DNA of 64,000 bases from an uncultured archaeon (GCA_964480705.1 CAYZPC010000002.1:22254-86253), one strand, 5' to 3'; shown: positions 8,897 to 18,330, counted from the first letter of the stretch. Program-made: numbers and translations. The notes: generated by a model not told the origin, from the letters alone.

Positions 8897-9365
8897 TGTT
8901 CATCGTTCCTTGTTTTTTTTCATTTTTTTCATCATACATGTTCAGCACATGGTTCACAACCATTGAGATGAGGAAACTGCATAGCACGTAGAACCAGAAC
9001 CAATCTCCTTGCGCCCAAACTAAATTGAGCGGAAAAAAGAGGTTGACTTTTGTTCCATTGTATGCGCTTGAAACCAAACCAAATAATGGGAGAAACACCA
9101 CCATGTTGACTATCATCAACTTGGGCATGCTCTTCATTGTTTGCGTGGACAAATCCAACATTTCTTTTTGGACGCGTTCCACTTCATTTTTGTCGGCTTG
9201 GTCTCCTTTTTTCATCAACTCCTTGAATTCTGCGTTTTTGACCTTCATTGCTTTTTGAACGCGGCGCATTTCCTTTCGGTTTCCAAAAACCAATTGGACC
9301 ACTTGTGTAATGACCGCGAATGCCGCGGAAATCAGCACGAGTTGCATGGCCGGATTCTCAAACAT
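8886..9365 (-). CDS. DUF106-family membrane protein (archaeal Oxa1/YidC/EMC3-like insertase homologue)
   Basis: 3 TM segments flanking a charged coiled region; canonical position between secY and eL34 in archaeal genomes. Confidence 0.65.
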   Translation of the reverse strand: MFENPAMQLVLISAAFAVITQVVQLVFGNRKEMRRVQKAMKVKNAEFKELMKKGDQADKNEVERVQKEMLDLSTQTMKSMPKLMIVNMVVFLPLFGLVSSAYNGTKVNLFFPLNLVWAQGDWFWFYVLCSFLISMVVNHVLNMYDEKNEKKQGTMNNAQ

Positions 9366-9485
9366 AGGGGTTTTTGCTGGTCGATTGCTCCTATTTTTAG
9401 ACCCCTTTTTGGGGGTCGTTCCAAGGTAATTCCCTGGGGGAACGTTTTAAAACATTGGGAATTATTCGACCATTTTCCTCCTCTT

Positions 9486-10871
9486 TTATTTCTCTCCGAA
9501 GAATCCCTTCAGCGCGGGGTGCATATCCATGAGTTGCGCCTTGGCTAATTCTTCGTACAATCGGTATACTATTCCACATGCGAGCAAGACTCCGGTTCCA
9601 GAGACCAAGGAGGCCACCGTAATATCGGATAATCCCGCGAGCAGGGCCACGAAAACAGAGCCCAACACGGTGACGTGTGGAATATAGCGGTCGAGGACCT
9701 TTTGCATAATGCGGGGATCGCGTCGGAAGCCGGGAATGCTCATTCCGCTGCGGTCGAGTTGTTCCGACACGGCTTTGCTTCCTTGTCCGCCTAATTCAAT
9801 CCAAAATTTTCCAAAAATAACACACGTGATGATGAGCACGAGCAAATACACGATGGCTTGTGCAATCTCCATGGCAGTGGTGGATGTAATTCCAAGCGTG
9901 AGCAATCCTTCCAGCAGAGAAAAACTTCCTCCCACGCGCGGGGAAGTAGTCATCCATGAAAGCCCGGAGAAGAGTGTATTCACGTACGGAATTCCTGCGG
10001 TGAGTGCTGTCCACAATTGGATGTTGGCAAATAGCGCCGCGGCCAGAATGACAGGCATGTTTGACACGTACAAAAATTTCACAGGGTATCGTCCGCCCGC
10101 GCCGGATTGTCCCATGGCAATGGGAATGTTCACGTGCATTCCTTCCGCAAAAACAACGGCGAGGAAAATCAATATGACAAACAATATTGGAACGAGTCCC
10201 ACAAACGCAGCGTACGCGTTTCCTTCAATGAGGGATTGTCCAATCGTGAAAATTCGTCCTGCGCTTCCGAATGCATCAACCGGTCTAAACACTTGCCAGA
10301 AGAATCCTTGTGCGACTCCTCCTGCAATGAATAATCCAATTCCGCTTCCAATTCCCCATTTTGAAACGAGTTCATCTAAGTAAAGTAAAATGATGGAGCC
10401 TAATGCAATTTGCAAAACGACAAACAAAAACATTCCCGGTGCGGCGGATAAGAATCCTACGCCCGGCAATCCAAATCCTAAGAAGGCAGCTCCTTCAAAG
10501 AATGATAATAGAATCGCGAGCAATTTCTGCGTCGCGGTAAAGCGTGCTTTGTTTTCGGGGATGGATAAATCAAATTGAATGATTCCTCCACCCACGAGCA
10601 ATTGTAACACAATGGATGCAAGCACAATCGGACCAATTCCAACCGTGATGAGCGAACCAATGTCGGATGCGAGAATCGTTTGCAATGCTTCTACTTGCTG
10701 AACCGATTGTCCTGAAAGTCCAATGAGTTCGATTTGTCCCATGATGAAAAATAAGAGCAATGCTAATCCGGAGAATAACATTTTCTGCATCAACGGGGGA
10801 GCAGTGGTAGGTCTACGTACTTCAGGAAGTAATTTTAGAATGGGGTCGAGACGCTCGAAGAACGAAGTCAT
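9486..10871 (-). CDS. secY: preprotein translocase subunit SecY
   Basis: 10-TM protein, 461 aa, downstream of uL15 as in all archaea. Confidence 0.9.
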   Translation of the reverse strand: MTSFFERLDPILKLLPEVRRPTTAPPLMQKMLFSGLALLLFFIMGQIELIGLSGQSVQQVEALQTILASDIGSLITVGIGPIVLASIVLQLLVGGGIIQFDLSIPENKARFTATQKLLAILLSFFEGAAFLGFGLPGVGFLSAAPGMFLFVVLQIALGSIILLYLDELVSKWGIGSGIGLFIAGGVAQGFFWQVFRPVDAFGSAGRIFTIGQSLIEGNAYAAFVGLVPILFVILIFLAVVFAEGMHVNIPIAMGQSGAGGRYPVKFLYVSNMPVILAAALFANIQLWTALTAGIPYVNTLFSGLSWMTTSPRVGGSFSLLEGLLTLGITSTTAMEIAQAIVYLLVLIITCVIFGKFWIELGGQGSKAVSEQLDRSGMSIPGFRRDPRIMQKVLDRYIPHVTVLGSVFVALLAGLSDITVASLVSGTGVLLACGIVYRLYEELAKAQLMDMHPALKGFFGEK

Positions 10872-11359
10872 TCAGCATCTCCTTCCCCAGCGGACGGGTC
10901 TCGGGCTTTCGCCTCGCCGCCGGCTGTTTCAAATTGGTCTGCAATTTCACCATTCGCTTCTTCGATTTTGGTGCGTGCTTTTTCGGTGACGCGGACGTTT
11001 TTCACATACCATTCGCCTTTCACGTCGCCGCTTCCAAGCAGAGTAGAAATTCCAATCTTTGATCCGTCAATGACAATCATTCCATCGTCTTCGACAACTT
11101 TTCCTTGTTTCATCCATTTGTCAATTTGAGTAGAAACTTGTCCCACGTTCACTGCTTTTCCTTTGGGGTGGAACGTGTGCAACGTTGTTTTGATTCCGAA
11201 TGTCATCCAGTATTTGGAGAACTTGTGCTTGTGTGAACCGGCGCGTCCGACACCACCGCGGTTTCCGGAACCTCTCCAGTTCTTCGTGTCTCCGTGTCCA
11301 TGAGTGCGTTCACCCAATTGTTTGTTGGCGCGTCTTCGTTTTCGTACAACCATAAGCAT
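10868..11359 (-). CDS. rpl15: 50S ribosomal protein uL15, acidic C-terminal tail
   Basis: RTHGHGDTKNWRGSGNRGGVGRAGSHKHK uL15/L27a motif. Confidence 0.9.
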   Translation of the reverse strand: MLMVVRKRRRANKQLGERTHGHGDTKNWRGSGNRGGVGRAGSHKHKFSKYWMTFGIKTTLHTFHPKGKAVNVGQVSTQIDKWMKQGKVVEDDGMIVIDGSKIGISTLLGSGDVKGEWYVKNVRVTEKARTKIEEANGEIADQFETAGGEAKARDPSAGEGDAE

Positions 11360-11367
11360 TCATCCTT

Positions 11368-11829
11368 TTACATCATTTTCAACAGTAAAGCGTCAATTCC
11401 ACTCTCGTGAAATCCAAGCGGGCCTTTTAATCCCACTCCTTGCTTGATTCCGATTCGACCAAATCCTTTGGAAGGAGAGTTGAGTCGGAACACAGGCTTG
11501 ATTCCAATTTTTTTCAGAGTGGTTTTTCCTTCCGCGAGTGCTTTGGCCAACGCGGCAATGGAATCCATTTTGTGGCTCTTCAAAAATTCCGTCGTGAGGG
11601 GTTTGTCTCCCTCTAATCGAGCGCGTTTTTCCAAGAGTGTCGTGAGTGTCTGCACGTTCACGGGACCATAGGCAGCGTGGTCTTTCACTTGGTGGAGCAT
11701 TCCATCCACGGATGGATTTTTTTCCACTAACACGCAGTGGTTTTTTCGGTCGAGCTGCAATGTTTGCAGTGCGCTGCGTGTTTCAGGTCGGACATTTTTG
11801 AGTCCTCGAATGCGGACAATGGCGTACAT
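11368..11829 (-). CDS. rpl30: 50S ribosomal protein uL30
   Basis: MYAIVRIRGLKNVRPE... L30/L7 family N-terminus. Confidence 0.9.
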   Translation of the reverse strand: MYAIVRIRGLKNVRPETRSALQTLQLDRKNHCVLVEKNPSVDGMLHQVKDHAAYGPVNVQTLTTLLEKRARLEGDKPLTTEFLKSHKMDSIAALAKALAEGKTTLKKIGIKPVFRLNSPSKGFGRIGIKQGVGLKGPLGFHESGIDALLLKMM

Positions 11830-12728
11830 TACTGGTGTCCCCCTGCGATTTGACTAAATTTGCGCTGCATATCCGGAGACATGCGCACACGGTTCAATTG
11901 TTCAATAGCATTGTAGGCGGCGCGAACATAGTTTAGTTTGGTGTCCGAGCTTCCTTTTGTTTTTCCCCAAACATCGGTGATTCCAGCAAATCGGAAAACG
12001 TCTTGAATTTGTTTTCCAACCACTAAGCCAGTTCCCTGCGGCGCAGGATAGAGTGTGACGCGCACCGAGCCGGCTTTTCCGGTTACTTTAAACGGAACAC
12101 TTCGTGTCGTGTTGGAAAAGTCTTCCCAACTTCCGCTGCCCACTTTCACAGGCATGAGTTTGAGTCGAGCGTCTCGTCCGGCTTTTCGAATGGCGGGAAA
12201 GCGTTCCTTGTCGGAGCCCATTCCTAATCCGATGTATTTTTTTCCGTCTCCCACTAAGACGAATGCGGCAAAGTTGAATTTTCGTCCAGAGGCTCGAACA
12301 TAGGTTGTTTTGCGCGTGTCAATCATTTGCTCTTGCAAATCCGGCACTAACATGTCGATGATTTCGCTTTCGAGGATGGGCAAGTGTCTCGACCACAATT
12401 CTTCCATGGTTTTGACTTCACCTGATTTGACAAGGCGTCCCGCTTCTGTTTTGGGAGTCCAATCGTCAATGACTTGCTGTTGCTCTCGAGATAATGAACC
12501 AGTGGCTGATGCTTCCATTTCTTTCAACTGTTCATCTGTCATGAGTTCTTTTCGAGAGACTTCTCCTCGTCGCGGTCCGCCGCGAGGTGCTCCGCGTGCT
12601 CCGCCGAATCCACCGCGTGCTCCGCCAAATCCGCCGCGTCCGCCTCTTCCTTCGCGAGGAGGTTTTCCGCGTGGAGCAAATCCACCAGGTCGTCCGGATC
12701 GGGGGGGTCGTTTCTTTTCGTCACTCAT
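11829..12728 (-). CDS. rps5: 30S ribosomal protein uS5 with ~75-aa RGG/Arg-Gly-rich N-terminal extension
   Basis: uS5 core (KYIGLGMGSDKERFPAIRKAGRDARLKLMPV; WGKTKGSSDT); N-terminus RGGRGGFGGARGGFGGARGAPRGGPRRG. Confidence 0.9.
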   Translation of the reverse strand: MSDEKKRPPRSGRPGGFAPRGKPPREGRGGRGGFGGARGGFGGARGAPRGGPRRGEVSRKELMTDEQLKEMEASATGSLSREQQQVIDDWTPKTEAGRLVKSGEVKTMEELWSRHLPILESEIIDMLVPDLQEQMIDTRKTTYVRASGRKFNFAAFVLVGDGKKYIGLGMGSDKERFPAIRKAGRDARLKLMPVKVGSGSWEDFSNTTRSVPFKVTGKAGSVRVTLYPAPQGTGLVVGKQIQDVFRFAGITDVWGKTKGSSDTKLNYVRAAYNAIEQLNRVRMSPDMQRKFSQIAGGHQ

Positions 12729-13312
12729 GCTTTAACACGCTCATCAATTGTTTTCTTGGTTGTTTCCACCATGGATGAAAATTTTTCCACGGAGACTTTT
12801 TCTTTCACGTATACTGCAAATTGGCTGCGATTCATTTTAGAAGGCTCCTTTTGCGCATACGCATCCACATGTTTTCCGGCTAATCGTTCAACTTTAGGGA
12901 ATGAAACGGGGTCGGCTTTCACGCTGATTCCTGCATCCACCATTCCTTTGATGGCGGCAAACAATCGTGTGCCGTGAATCGCGGGCTGAATACCTAAATC
13001 CACAATCACGTCGCCGCTCTTTTGTTTGACGGCGAGTTTTTTTCCGGCTAAGTATCCTGTCAAGTATGCGGCAGGAATGTTTCCGCCGTGTCCTTTGTAT
13101 GTGTATTCGGATAATTCTTTCGTGTGGGCTGCAACGACAATCGTGTCGTTTCCTTTTTCGGTTTGCACAAGCTGCACGCTCAAGTTGTTGGTTGACTTTC
13201 GAATCACGGCACGTGTGAGTCCGCCTTTGACGAAGGCCAATCTCTTGGTGTAATTCGTTCGTCCTTCAGCGCGTCGGCGGAAAGGAGTTTGGAATGTGCT
13301 TGTTTTACTCAT
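12725..13312 (-). CDS. rpl18: 50S ribosomal protein uL18
   Basis: FRRRAEGRTNYTKRLAFVKGGLTRAVIRKSTNNLSVQLV uL18/L5e signature. Confidence 0.9.
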   Translation of the reverse strand: MSKTSTFQTPFRRRAEGRTNYTKRLAFVKGGLTRAVIRKSTNNLSVQLVQTEKGNDTIVVAAHTKELSEYTYKGHGGNIPAAYLTGYLAGKKLAVKQKSGDVIVDLGIQPAIHGTRLFAAIKGMVDAGISVKADPVSFPKVERLAGKHVDAYAQKEPSKMNRSQFAVYVKEKVSVEKFSSMVETTKKTIDERVKA

Positions 13313-13746
13313 TTGGTTTCACCTTCCACCGTTTGCAATAAATGTTTCTTTCCGCGGAAATAATTTCCTTTGACGCGGCGATAATATTCGGAATAGGGTC
13401 CTTTCAATTTTCCTTCGGTCTTGAGAGAGCGAAGCGTGGTTCGCAATGCGCGCACGCGATCTTGCCACATTTTCTTGGGCTGTGAACGTGCTTTCTTGCT
13501 TCCGGTTCGTTTTCCTTGTCCTTGTTTTCGGCCCACGCGTTTCTTCGCATGTAAGATGCGTGCCGCTCCGCGGGAGTGACCTTGGTCTTTGCGCTTTCGC
13601 ACAATGCGTTGCGCAACCAGGTTGCGAATGTCGTCTCGCGTCATGGCTTCTAATGCTTTGGTCATCTGTGTCGGGTCCACCCAAATTTTGGTTTCTCCAA
13701 CGCCCATGATTTCGGCAGCCATTCGTTTGATTTTTCGGGGATTCAT
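13309..13746 (-). CDS. rpl19e: 50S ribosomal protein eL19 (L19e)
   Basis: MNPRKIKRMAAEIMGVGETKIWVDPTQ... L19e N-terminus. Confidence 0.9.
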   Translation of the reverse strand: MNPRKIKRMAAEIMGVGETKIWVDPTQMTKALEAMTRDDIRNLVAQRIVRKRKDQGHSRGAARILHAKKRVGRKQGQGKRTGSKKARSQPKKMWQDRVRALRTTLRSLKTEGKLKGPYSEYYRRVKGNYFRGKKHLLQTVEGETK

Positions 13747-13747
13747 G

Positions 13748-14407
13748 TTAGTTCAACACCTGGATTTTTTTCTCATTGGCTATTTTGATGAGTGCAATTT
13801 TCTTTTTGCGTCCAACCGTTCCTGAGATTCGGGCGGCTTCGTGAGGTTTCATCGTGTTGAAATCTCGCGCGGACTGAATCAACACTTCGCGATACCCTGA
13901 CGGATGCATGAAGCGAATCGCTTTGGGTGTGCGGTAGCCGGACTGCACGAGCATTCCGTCGTCTTTGCGCAACAGCATGTCTTCTCCGCGGGGCTTTCGC
14001 CACTTGTCATATTTTGGATTCTTTCGCGTGCGCAAATTCTTCTTTCCGAATCGTCCCCAGAAAACGGGTTTCCATTTTCCGAGCAAATCGTCTTGGTTTT
14101 CTTTAACGTCATCTGTTTTCTTGACTTTTTCTTTTTTGACCCAAGCTGCTTTCGTTCCTTTTTTCTTAGCAGGTTTGTTTCCAGCCGATGTTTTTTCGAC
14201 TTTGGTTTCTTTCGCGCTTGTTGTTTTTTCAGCTTTCTTAGCAGGTTTGGTTTCTGCTTTCGCTTCGTGCGCGTGAGTAACTTCTTTCGCTAAGGGAGGG
14301 TGCGTGTTTGTGTGCGTGTGCGAAACTTCTTTGGCTTGCGCCACAGGCGGATGCTTCGCCGGAGTCACTGTCGTGTTGGATGTGTTCATGTTTTTCTCCG
14401 TGCTCAT
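13748..14407 (-). CDS. rpl32e: 50S ribosomal protein eL32 (L32e) with ~105-aa Lys/Thr/Ala/His-rich N-terminal extension
   Basis: C-terminal 110 aa = L32e (LLRKDDGMLVQSGYRTPKAIRFMHPSGYREVLIQS); N-terminal half low complexity. Confidence 0.85.
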   Translation of the reverse strand: MSTEKNMNTSNTTVTPAKHPPVAQAKEVSHTHTNTHPPLAKEVTHAHEAKAETKPAKKAEKTTSAKETKVEKTSAGNKPAKKKGTKAAWVKKEKVKKTDDVKENQDDLLGKWKPVFWGRFGKKNLRTRKNPKYDKWRKPRGEDMLLRKDDGMLVQSGYRTPKAIRFMHPSGYREVLIQSARDFNTMKPHEAARISGTVGRKKKIALIKIANEKKIQVLN

Positions 14408-14946
14408 GCTGATTCTCCCTTGCTAGTAATGTAAATTCCATCTTGGAAGACGCGCTGGTCTTTCTTCGTATCGCGGGTCGCTTTTTCCATGTTGGCAGCG
14501 GTTTGTGAAACGTCTTCGACGTTGTTTCCCGTTACGGTAATGTCTTTTCCTTTGATTTCGACTTTGGTTTCTTTTCCAACAATCTTGCTTAATCGAGGAT
14601 TTTTTTCTCCTAAATAGTTGGAGACTTCCACGAGGTTTCCTTTGACTTTAATGTTCATGGGGAAGTGCGAGTGGACAACGGATAACTTGTACGTATATCC
14701 TTTTTCCAATCCCTGAATCAAATTTTTCACGTGTGATTCGATGGCGTTGAGAATGGCAAACGTGTGTCTTCGCTCGTTGAGGGGCGTGACTTTGATGTCT
14801 TGTCCGTGGACTTCAATGGTAACTTCGGGCGTGGCGAGTGCTTTGTGCACGGTCTTTCCGCCTTTGGTTAGCGTGAGCGTGCCGTGCTGGAAGCTAATAG
14901 CAATCCCTGCCGGAATGGCAATCGTGGTGTGGGTTGTTTTGGCCAT
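14404..14946 (-). CDS. rpl6: 50S ribosomal protein uL6
   Basis: IAIPAGIAISFQHGTLTLTKGG... two-domain uL6. Confidence 0.9.
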   Translation of the reverse strand: MAKTTHTTIAIPAGIAISFQHGTLTLTKGGKTVHKALATPEVTIEVHGQDIKVTPLNERRHTFAILNAIESHVKNLIQGLEKGYTYKLSVVHSHFPMNIKVKGNLVEVSNYLGEKNPRLSKIVGKETKVEIKGKDITVTGNNVEDVSQTAANMEKATRDTKKDQRVFQDGIYITSKGESA

Positions 14947-14971
14947 AGTGGTATCCTCGTGGGAATGTTTT

Positions 14972-15364
14972 TTAGTAGATGTAGGCGAGCAATCGTCCTC
15001 CGATGGCTTTCTCTTTACTTTCAGCGTGCGTCATCACACCTTGCGAGGTTGAAACAATAATAGTTCCAATGTCTCGCGCGGGTAAGTATCGCATTTCGAA
15101 GCGTTCAAACTCATTCTTTTTCACCGCGTAGCGGGGCTTGATGGCTGAAACGTGGTTGATTTTTCCGAGCAATTCAACTTTGTACATCTTTTTGTGTCGC
15201 TCTGCAACCTCTTCCACATTCGAAATGTATCCTTTTTCCTTCATCACGCGCAAAATTTGTCCCAATAATTTGGAACCGGGTTTAATGATAATGCTTCGTT
15301 TGGAGGCGGTCTCGCTGTTTTGAATGTGCGTCAGCGCATCGGCGATTGGATCGATTTGACTCAT
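14972..15364 (-). CDS. rps8: 30S ribosomal protein uS8
   Basis: DPIADALTHIQNSETASK...MKEKGYI. Confidence 0.9.
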   Translation of the reverse strand: MSQIDPIADALTHIQNSETASKRSIIIKPGSKLLGQILRVMKEKGYISNVEEVAERHKKMYKVELLGKINHVSAIKPRYAVKKNEFERFEMRYLPARDIGTIIVSTSQGVMTHAESKEKAIGGRLLAYIY

Positions 15365-15377
15365 CTTTTTTCCTCCA

Positions 15378-15560
15378 TTAACTGTACTTCTTGAAACCCA
15401 TCATTGGGGCGAATTGTTTGAAGCATCGTCTACACAAGTTGATGCCGTATTTGTGCACCATTCCCTTGTTGTTTCCGCAGTTCTTACAATAGCTATTTCT
15501 TCCTTCCTTGGGGCGCTTTTTTTGTTCAGCTTTCATTTTTGCTTTAGCTTCGTTTATCAT
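15378..15560 (-). CDS. rps14: 30S ribosomal protein uS14 (zinc-binding type)
   Basis: 60 aa, CKNCG...CRRCF zinc ribbon. Confidence 0.9.
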   Translation of the reverse strand: MINEAKAKMKAEQKKRPKEGRNSYCKNCGNNKGMVHKYGINLCRRCFKQFAPMMGFKKYS

Positions 15561-15566
15561 GCACCG

Positions 15567-16112
15567 TCACCCCTGGATTTTCTCCACAATGTTTGTTCCA
15601 AATGTCTCGTGAACGAAGTTCATGGCTTCGTCTTTCGTAATCATGTGTTTCTTTCCAATGCTCGCAGGTCGGACGCGTCGTTTTTTGATGCGGTAGCCAG
15701 GCCGTTCAAGTGTCACAAGGACATCGAATCCGCGAATTCCTAATTTAGGATCGTATTTTGCTCCGGGCAAATCAATGTATTCTTTGATTCCGAATCCAAA
15801 GTTTCCAACCTTGTCGAAGCAGCGCTTCGTGAGCGTGTTTTCTTTGGCTTGCAATGCGGTCTTCAAGAATGCGTGTGCTTTTGTTTTGCGCAGCGTGACT
15901 TTAAGTCCAATGGGCAGTCCTTCTCGGATTCCCCACGTGGGAATTTTCACTTTACAGCGCGTTTGCACAGGTGTCATTCCGGTGAGTTTCTTCATGATGT
16001 CAGAGGCCTTGTTCAAGGGTTCGCCGGTCTGTCCCACACCCATGTTAATGGTGACTTTCTCCACGCGAATGGCGCGCATCGTATTTTTGGTGTTAGTCGT
16101 TGTGGAAGTCAT
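15567..16112 (-). CDS. rpl5: 50S ribosomal protein uL5 (start at internal Met MTSTTTN abutting eS4 stop)
   Basis: MRAIRVEKVTINMGVGQ...GFGIKEYIDLPG uL5 motifs. Confidence 0.9.
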   Translation of the reverse strand: MTSTTTNTKNTMRAIRVEKVTINMGVGQTGEPLNKASDIMKKLTGMTPVQTRCKVKIPTWGIREGLPIGLKVTLRKTKAHAFLKTALQAKENTLTKRCFDKVGNFGFGIKEYIDLPGAKYDPKLGIRGFDVLVTLERPGYRIKKRRVRPASIGKKHMITKDEAMNFVHETFGTNIVEKIQG

Positions 16113-16852
16113 TTGGCTTTCACCCCATTTGTGAGTGTCTTCAACCAATCAGCGGTGTGAGAGTCAATGACCATCACATTCACAGCGGTTGTTTGGAATG
16201 TGGCATTTCCTTCAGAGAGGCTCACGAGTTTGTCGCGCTTCATCGTTCCTTCTAAGATGGATTCGATTTTGGCAACTTCTCCCACGTGAGATCCGCCGGT
16301 AATCAAAACGCGGTTTCCTTTGGCGAAAGATAAGTGTTCGCTGACTTTCGTTCCTTCCACGTTGGTCAAAACCGAATCGCCCACATTGATTTTTCCGTCA
16401 ATTCCGCGGAATGTTTTTCCGTCGTGCGTTTGAATCATGAGTTTGTTTCCTTTGGCGAGTTGTTTTGAAACCACTTTCACAGGTTTTGTTTTGAGTGCGT
16501 TCTCGCTGGCTTCCATCACTTTTAATCGTCCTTTATCATCCAGCACCATTCGGTAGTTCTTTTTCAGACTGGGAATAGTGAGCGTGTCAAATAATCCTAC
16601 GGAGAACTGGTGTGACTTTCGGACTTTTCCATCCACTAAAACAGTTCCTTTCGAAATAATTTGTTTGGCTTCGCGGAGTGTTTTTGCCATGTTCAGCATG
16701 TCGCGCACGATGAATCCTAATGGAACGCTCGTGAGTTGGTTATGCGTGCCGGGCTTCTGTCGAATCGTCCAAACGAATTCTTTTCGTTTGAGGTGGCGAA
16801 TCGTTCCGACGGAGAGTCGCTTTTGCTTGTTTACCGTTCCTTTGCTTGACAT
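16109..16852 (-). CDS. rps4e: 30S ribosomal protein eS4 (S4e)
   Basis: RHLKRKEFVWTIRQKPGTHNQLTSVPLGFIVRD; KOW region. Confidence 0.9.
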   Translation of the reverse strand: MSSKGTVNKQKRLSVGTIRHLKRKEFVWTIRQKPGTHNQLTSVPLGFIVRDMLNMAKTLREAKQIISKGTVLVDGKVRKSHQFSVGLFDTLTIPSLKKNYRMVLDDKGRLKVMEASENALKTKPVKVVSKQLAKGNKLMIQTHDGKTFRGIDGKINVGDSVLTNVEGTKVSEHLSFAKGNRVLITGGSHVGEVAKIESILEGTMKRDKLVSLSEGNATFQTTAVNVMVIDSHTADWLKTLTNGVKAK

Positions 16853-16855
16853 ATT

Positions 16856-17251
16856 TTACTGCTCCTTTCCACCTGTTTTTTTCTCAGCTTTTGCTGGAGT
16901 ACTTGAACTTTTTTTGAATCGTTTTTTGTCTTTCGCATCTACTGCGGTAATCATAATGTTGCTCGGTCGGAATGCGAGGAAGGCTTCTTTTCCATCCGTC
17001 TTTTTGCGCATCACGCCTTGAATGTAAACTTTGTTTCGCTTTCGGTCCACTTGGTTGACGTTTCCTGTTTTTCCAACGTAGTCTCCGCGCATGACTTTAA
17101 CGGTGTCTCCCACTCTCAAGGGGATGGAGCGCACCGCGTATTTCGTGCGGAGGTCCTTTGACAAGTGTGCAGCCATGTTGCTTCCTTGCAGTCGCAAGTC
17201 TGCTTCATACACGGCCTTGCGTTGCTTTCCGGGGTTAATCGTTCCATTCAT
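16856..17251 (-). CDS. rpl24: 50S ribosomal protein uL24
   Basis: VRSIPLRVGDTVKVMRGDYVGKTGNV KOW motif. Confidence 0.9.
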   Translation of the reverse strand: MNGTINPGKQRKAVYEADLRLQGSNMAAHLSKDLRTKYAVRSIPLRVGDTVKVMRGDYVGKTGNVNQVDRKRNKVYIQGVMRKKTDGKEAFLAFRPSNIMITAVDAKDKKRFKKSSSTPAKAEKKTGGKEQ

Positions 17252-17262
17252 ACACGTTCACC

Positions 17263-17661
17263 TTACACGACTCCGGCGGAAATTCCTGCAATCTTAGGAA
17301 AACGCTCGGCGACTTCTTTGGCAATGACTCCTTTCACTTCGGATGCTTTGGGCAATCCTTTTTCATCAACCAAAACAACGGCGTTGTCTTCGAATTTGAT
17401 GCGTGTTCCGTCCGGTCGCTTGTATTCTTTCTTCACGCGCACAATAACAGCTCGTTCAACTTTTGAGCGGATTTGAGGCTTTCCTGTTTTCACCACAATG
17501 TTCACCATGTCGCAGATTCCTGCTTTAGGCTGCATTCGCTTTCGAGCGGTGTGGCGGAACACAGAGATAATTTCCACAATCTTCGCACCTGAGTTGTCGG
17601 CGCAGAAGCATCGTGATTTTTTCGTGAGTCCTTTTACAGGAGAGGCACTAATGGCTTTCAT
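17263..17661 (-). CDS. rpl14: 50S ribosomal protein uL14
   Basis: CADNSGAKIVEIISV...VIVRVKKEYKRPDGTRIKFEDNAVVLV. Confidence 0.9.
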   Translation of the reverse strand: MKAISASPVKGLTKKSRCFCADNSGAKIVEIISVFRHTARKRMQPKAGICDMVNIVVKTGKPQIRSKVERAVIVRVKKEYKRPDGTRIKFEDNAVVLVDEKGLPKASEVKGVIAKEVAERFPKIAGISAGVV

Positions 17662-18038
17662 GCGGATTCCTCCAGGTGTGTTTTTTCTTCTTTAGTCTTC
17701 GTGTGCTTGACGGCTTCATTCATTTCTTCGTGCGTTGCTTCCAAGCGCGCGCGTCCGACGATTTCAGTCACAATGAATGCTTTGGTCTTGCTGATCTTGC
17801 GTGTCTCGCCAATTTTAACGATGTCATTTTCCTTCGCGTTGATGGTTTCAGGATTGTGCGCGTGTACTTTTGAGCGGACTTTCTTGTATCGTTCGAACTT
17901 CGGAATGTACACGACGATTTCGCGCAGCACGGTAACCATTTTGGGTGTTTTGGCACTAACGACTTTTCCAACAAATTCGTTTCCGCGAACGGGATACTCA
18001 GTTTGAGCTTTTTGAGCGTGTTTGGCTGTCTTAGGCAT
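17658..18038 (-). CDS. rps17: 30S ribosomal protein uS17
   Basis: FVGKVVSAKTPKMVTV...YKKVRSKVHAHNP...NDIVKIGETRKISKTKAF. Confidence 0.9.
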   Translation of the reverse strand: MPKTAKHAQKAQTEYPVRGNEFVGKVVSAKTPKMVTVLREIVVYIPKFERYKKVRSKVHAHNPETINAKENDIVKIGETRKISKTKAFIVTEIVGRARLEATHEEMNEAVKHTKTKEEKTHLEESA

Positions 18039-18330
18039 AGTGCTTTCCCCCGTTCTTTAATCGTTCAATCGGATTTCCCACTAATTCGTGTCCTTCGATT
18101 TCAACGATTTCTCCATCTAAGTCAAAGGCGAACGTGCTTTCGTTCTTGGGCAGTTTTTTTTCCGTGTTATTCATATCAATCACAATTGTTCGCTGTGTTT
18201 CGTCAACCATTTTTCCAAACAATCCTTTCTTGCTCGCGTCCACACTCTCAACGACTTTCACGTTCAGTCCGATGAGCTCGTGAATGGGAAGCACTTTCCC
18301 GGTGAGCGTGTAGTGGTTTGTTTTAATCAT
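18031..18330 (-). CDS. rnp1: RNase P protein component Rpp29 (Pop4 homologue)
   Basis: 99 aa between SUI1 and uS17 as in archaeal S10/spc clusters; GLNVKVVES...GKMVDETQRTIVIDMN pattern. Confidence 0.75.
   Translation of the reverse strand: MIKTNHYTLTGKVLPIHELIGLNVKVVESVDASKKGLFGKMVDETQRTIVIDMNNTEKKLPKNESTFAFDLDGEIVEIEGHELVGNPIERLKNGGKHYA

Noticed and set aside
9709-10383. 224-aa plus-strand ORF antisense to secY, and similar antisense ORFs (7404-8039, 19375-19932, 40877-41200, 43493-43936 etc.)
   Set aside because: Shadow ORFs opposite strongly conserved minus-strand genes; low-complexity translations, no motifs.
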